Assembly (NCBI GenBank): GCA_030390025.1
Contig: CM059438.1
Coordinates: 68,574,001-68,638,000 of the forward strand
DNA from: Squalus acanthias
Lineage: Eukaryota
Length of the DNA: 64,000 nucleotides
Direction of reading: 5' to 3'
This document shows, one piece after another, positions 62,808 to 64,000 of the stretch. A program made the translations under genes and the position numbers. The first letter of the stretch is position 1; every line of letters starts with the position of its first letter. Under the pieces are notes generated by a model. That model did no database searches. It worked only from the letters and a program-made list of their open reading frames with translations, and was not told the DNA's origin.

Positions 62808-63575
62808 GGAGTGAATTTTAACGCCCAAAAATAGGTGGCATGGGGTCGGGTGAGCTGCAAAAAGTTTGAAAATCTCAAACCCAACCCCAACCCGCCCACT
62901 TCCTAGTTTAACGGAGGTGGGACAGGGGGCTCCCAGGAGTTGGGTTTCCATTTAAATATTAGAATGAGACTGGGAGCCTCACATTTAGCTTCCATTACAG
63001 GTTTAACCCTGGCCGGCCAGGTTTCCCAGGCCTTGGGAAACCCGACAGCTAAAGGGAGGCGAGGACAGCTTCATGGAAAGGGTAAGTGCCCTTACAGCAC
63101 TGCTTGTGGGGCAGGAAGAGCAGGTGTGCTTCCTTGTGGCTCCCCCAAGCTTACCTACTTCCCTGGCATCACACCTCCCCCCCACCCTAATCAGATCCGG
63201 CCCCCCCCCCGCCATCCAAAGACCCCCCGATCGGGGATCGGATCCCCCTCGAGAAACGGAACTGCCCCTCTGGATCTGGGATCAGACAGCCTCCACTGGA
63301 TCGGGCCCCCCCACCCCCCACCCACCACCACGCTCCAACTAGCAGCTGCAGGCTCCTCACCTGTGACCGCGGCTTGCCTGCTCCCCGCCCGGCAAGTAGC
63401 TAAGCCTGTCAGTCAGGCTGACGTACGGCAGGGAACCCGTCAAAAGAAAAATGCACACGTTGTGTTTAAAACTCCACAACATGTGGGGAAACCCAAACTT
63501 CCGGGTTTCCCAACTGAGCCTCCACCACCTCCCCCCCTCCCACTTGAAACTACCCCCTCTGTCAATATCGGAGTC
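62808..63575. mobile_element. MITE family D copy
   Basis: Colinear with 8726-9546; imperfect TIRs GGAGTGAATTTTAAC / rc GACTCCGATATTGAC; TSD AAT. Confidence 0.8.
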
Positions 63576-64000
63576 AATGACTGTCTCCAGTAAGTAAGGA
63601 GTAGCCACACTGGTCCTGTTTCCATTTGAACAGAGATACGGAGCTCACACCAGGACGCAAGTAAGGCCTCTTTCTTTGGGACTCATTTACACTTTGGCTG
63701 CAGTGGTACTTGTGCAACTGGCATGGGACCAGTCATTGGAGAGTGTGATTCACAGCTGGCAAGATCTCGAGCAAGATATTGCCTGGCTGCCAATCGCAGT
63801 CAGCTGCTGGGAGTAGCAAAGTATACTTCCACACATGCTCAGGAGAGGTGCCTGTTTACAAGAGGCAAGAGATTTCTAATCTTGCTCAGAACCCCATTCC
63901 ACGCCAGCAATCTTTAATATTTTGAAAACAGAAGTGGGAGCATCTGTTATCTCAAAGCATTAAGGCCGACTGTGCTTCAGTTTACAGACTGTCCAGGGGG

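Noticed and set aside
62940..63593. 217-aa proline-rich ORF, and similar ORFs at 43053, 17115, 18474 and 60547
   Set aside because: They lie in GC-rich MITE sequence, have low-complexity composition and show no recognisable domain.

Overview
Repeat-dense vertebrate genomic DNA, most likely from a shark or other elasmobranch: it carries HE1-type V-SINEs and Deu-domain SINEs and is dominated by CR1/L2 LINEs. I found no confidently identifiable host protein-coding gene; most short ORFs in the supplied track are repeat-derived or spurious. Main contents: (1) a full-length but decayed 4.6-kb PIF/Harbinger DNA transposon (11321-15951, ATA TSD) with a convergent HARBI1-like transposase and a 3-exon Myb/SANT-like gene, plus an older Harbinger remnant; (2) about a dozen non-autonomous TIR elements (MITEs) with Harbinger-like ends and ATA/ATT/AAT flanks, five of which share covarying hairpins and a common layout; (3) a 3.45-kb CsRn1-clade Ty3/Gypsy LTR element (tRNA-Trp PBS, CHCC gag) missing its whole reverse transcriptase; (4) four solo LTRs; (5) Penelope-like elements, including one intact minimal hammerhead ribozyme core; (6) an RTE LINE 3' end and many CR1, L2 and SINE fragments, often nested. 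Coordinates of old fragments are approximate and all family calls come from motif recognition by eye, not database searches.
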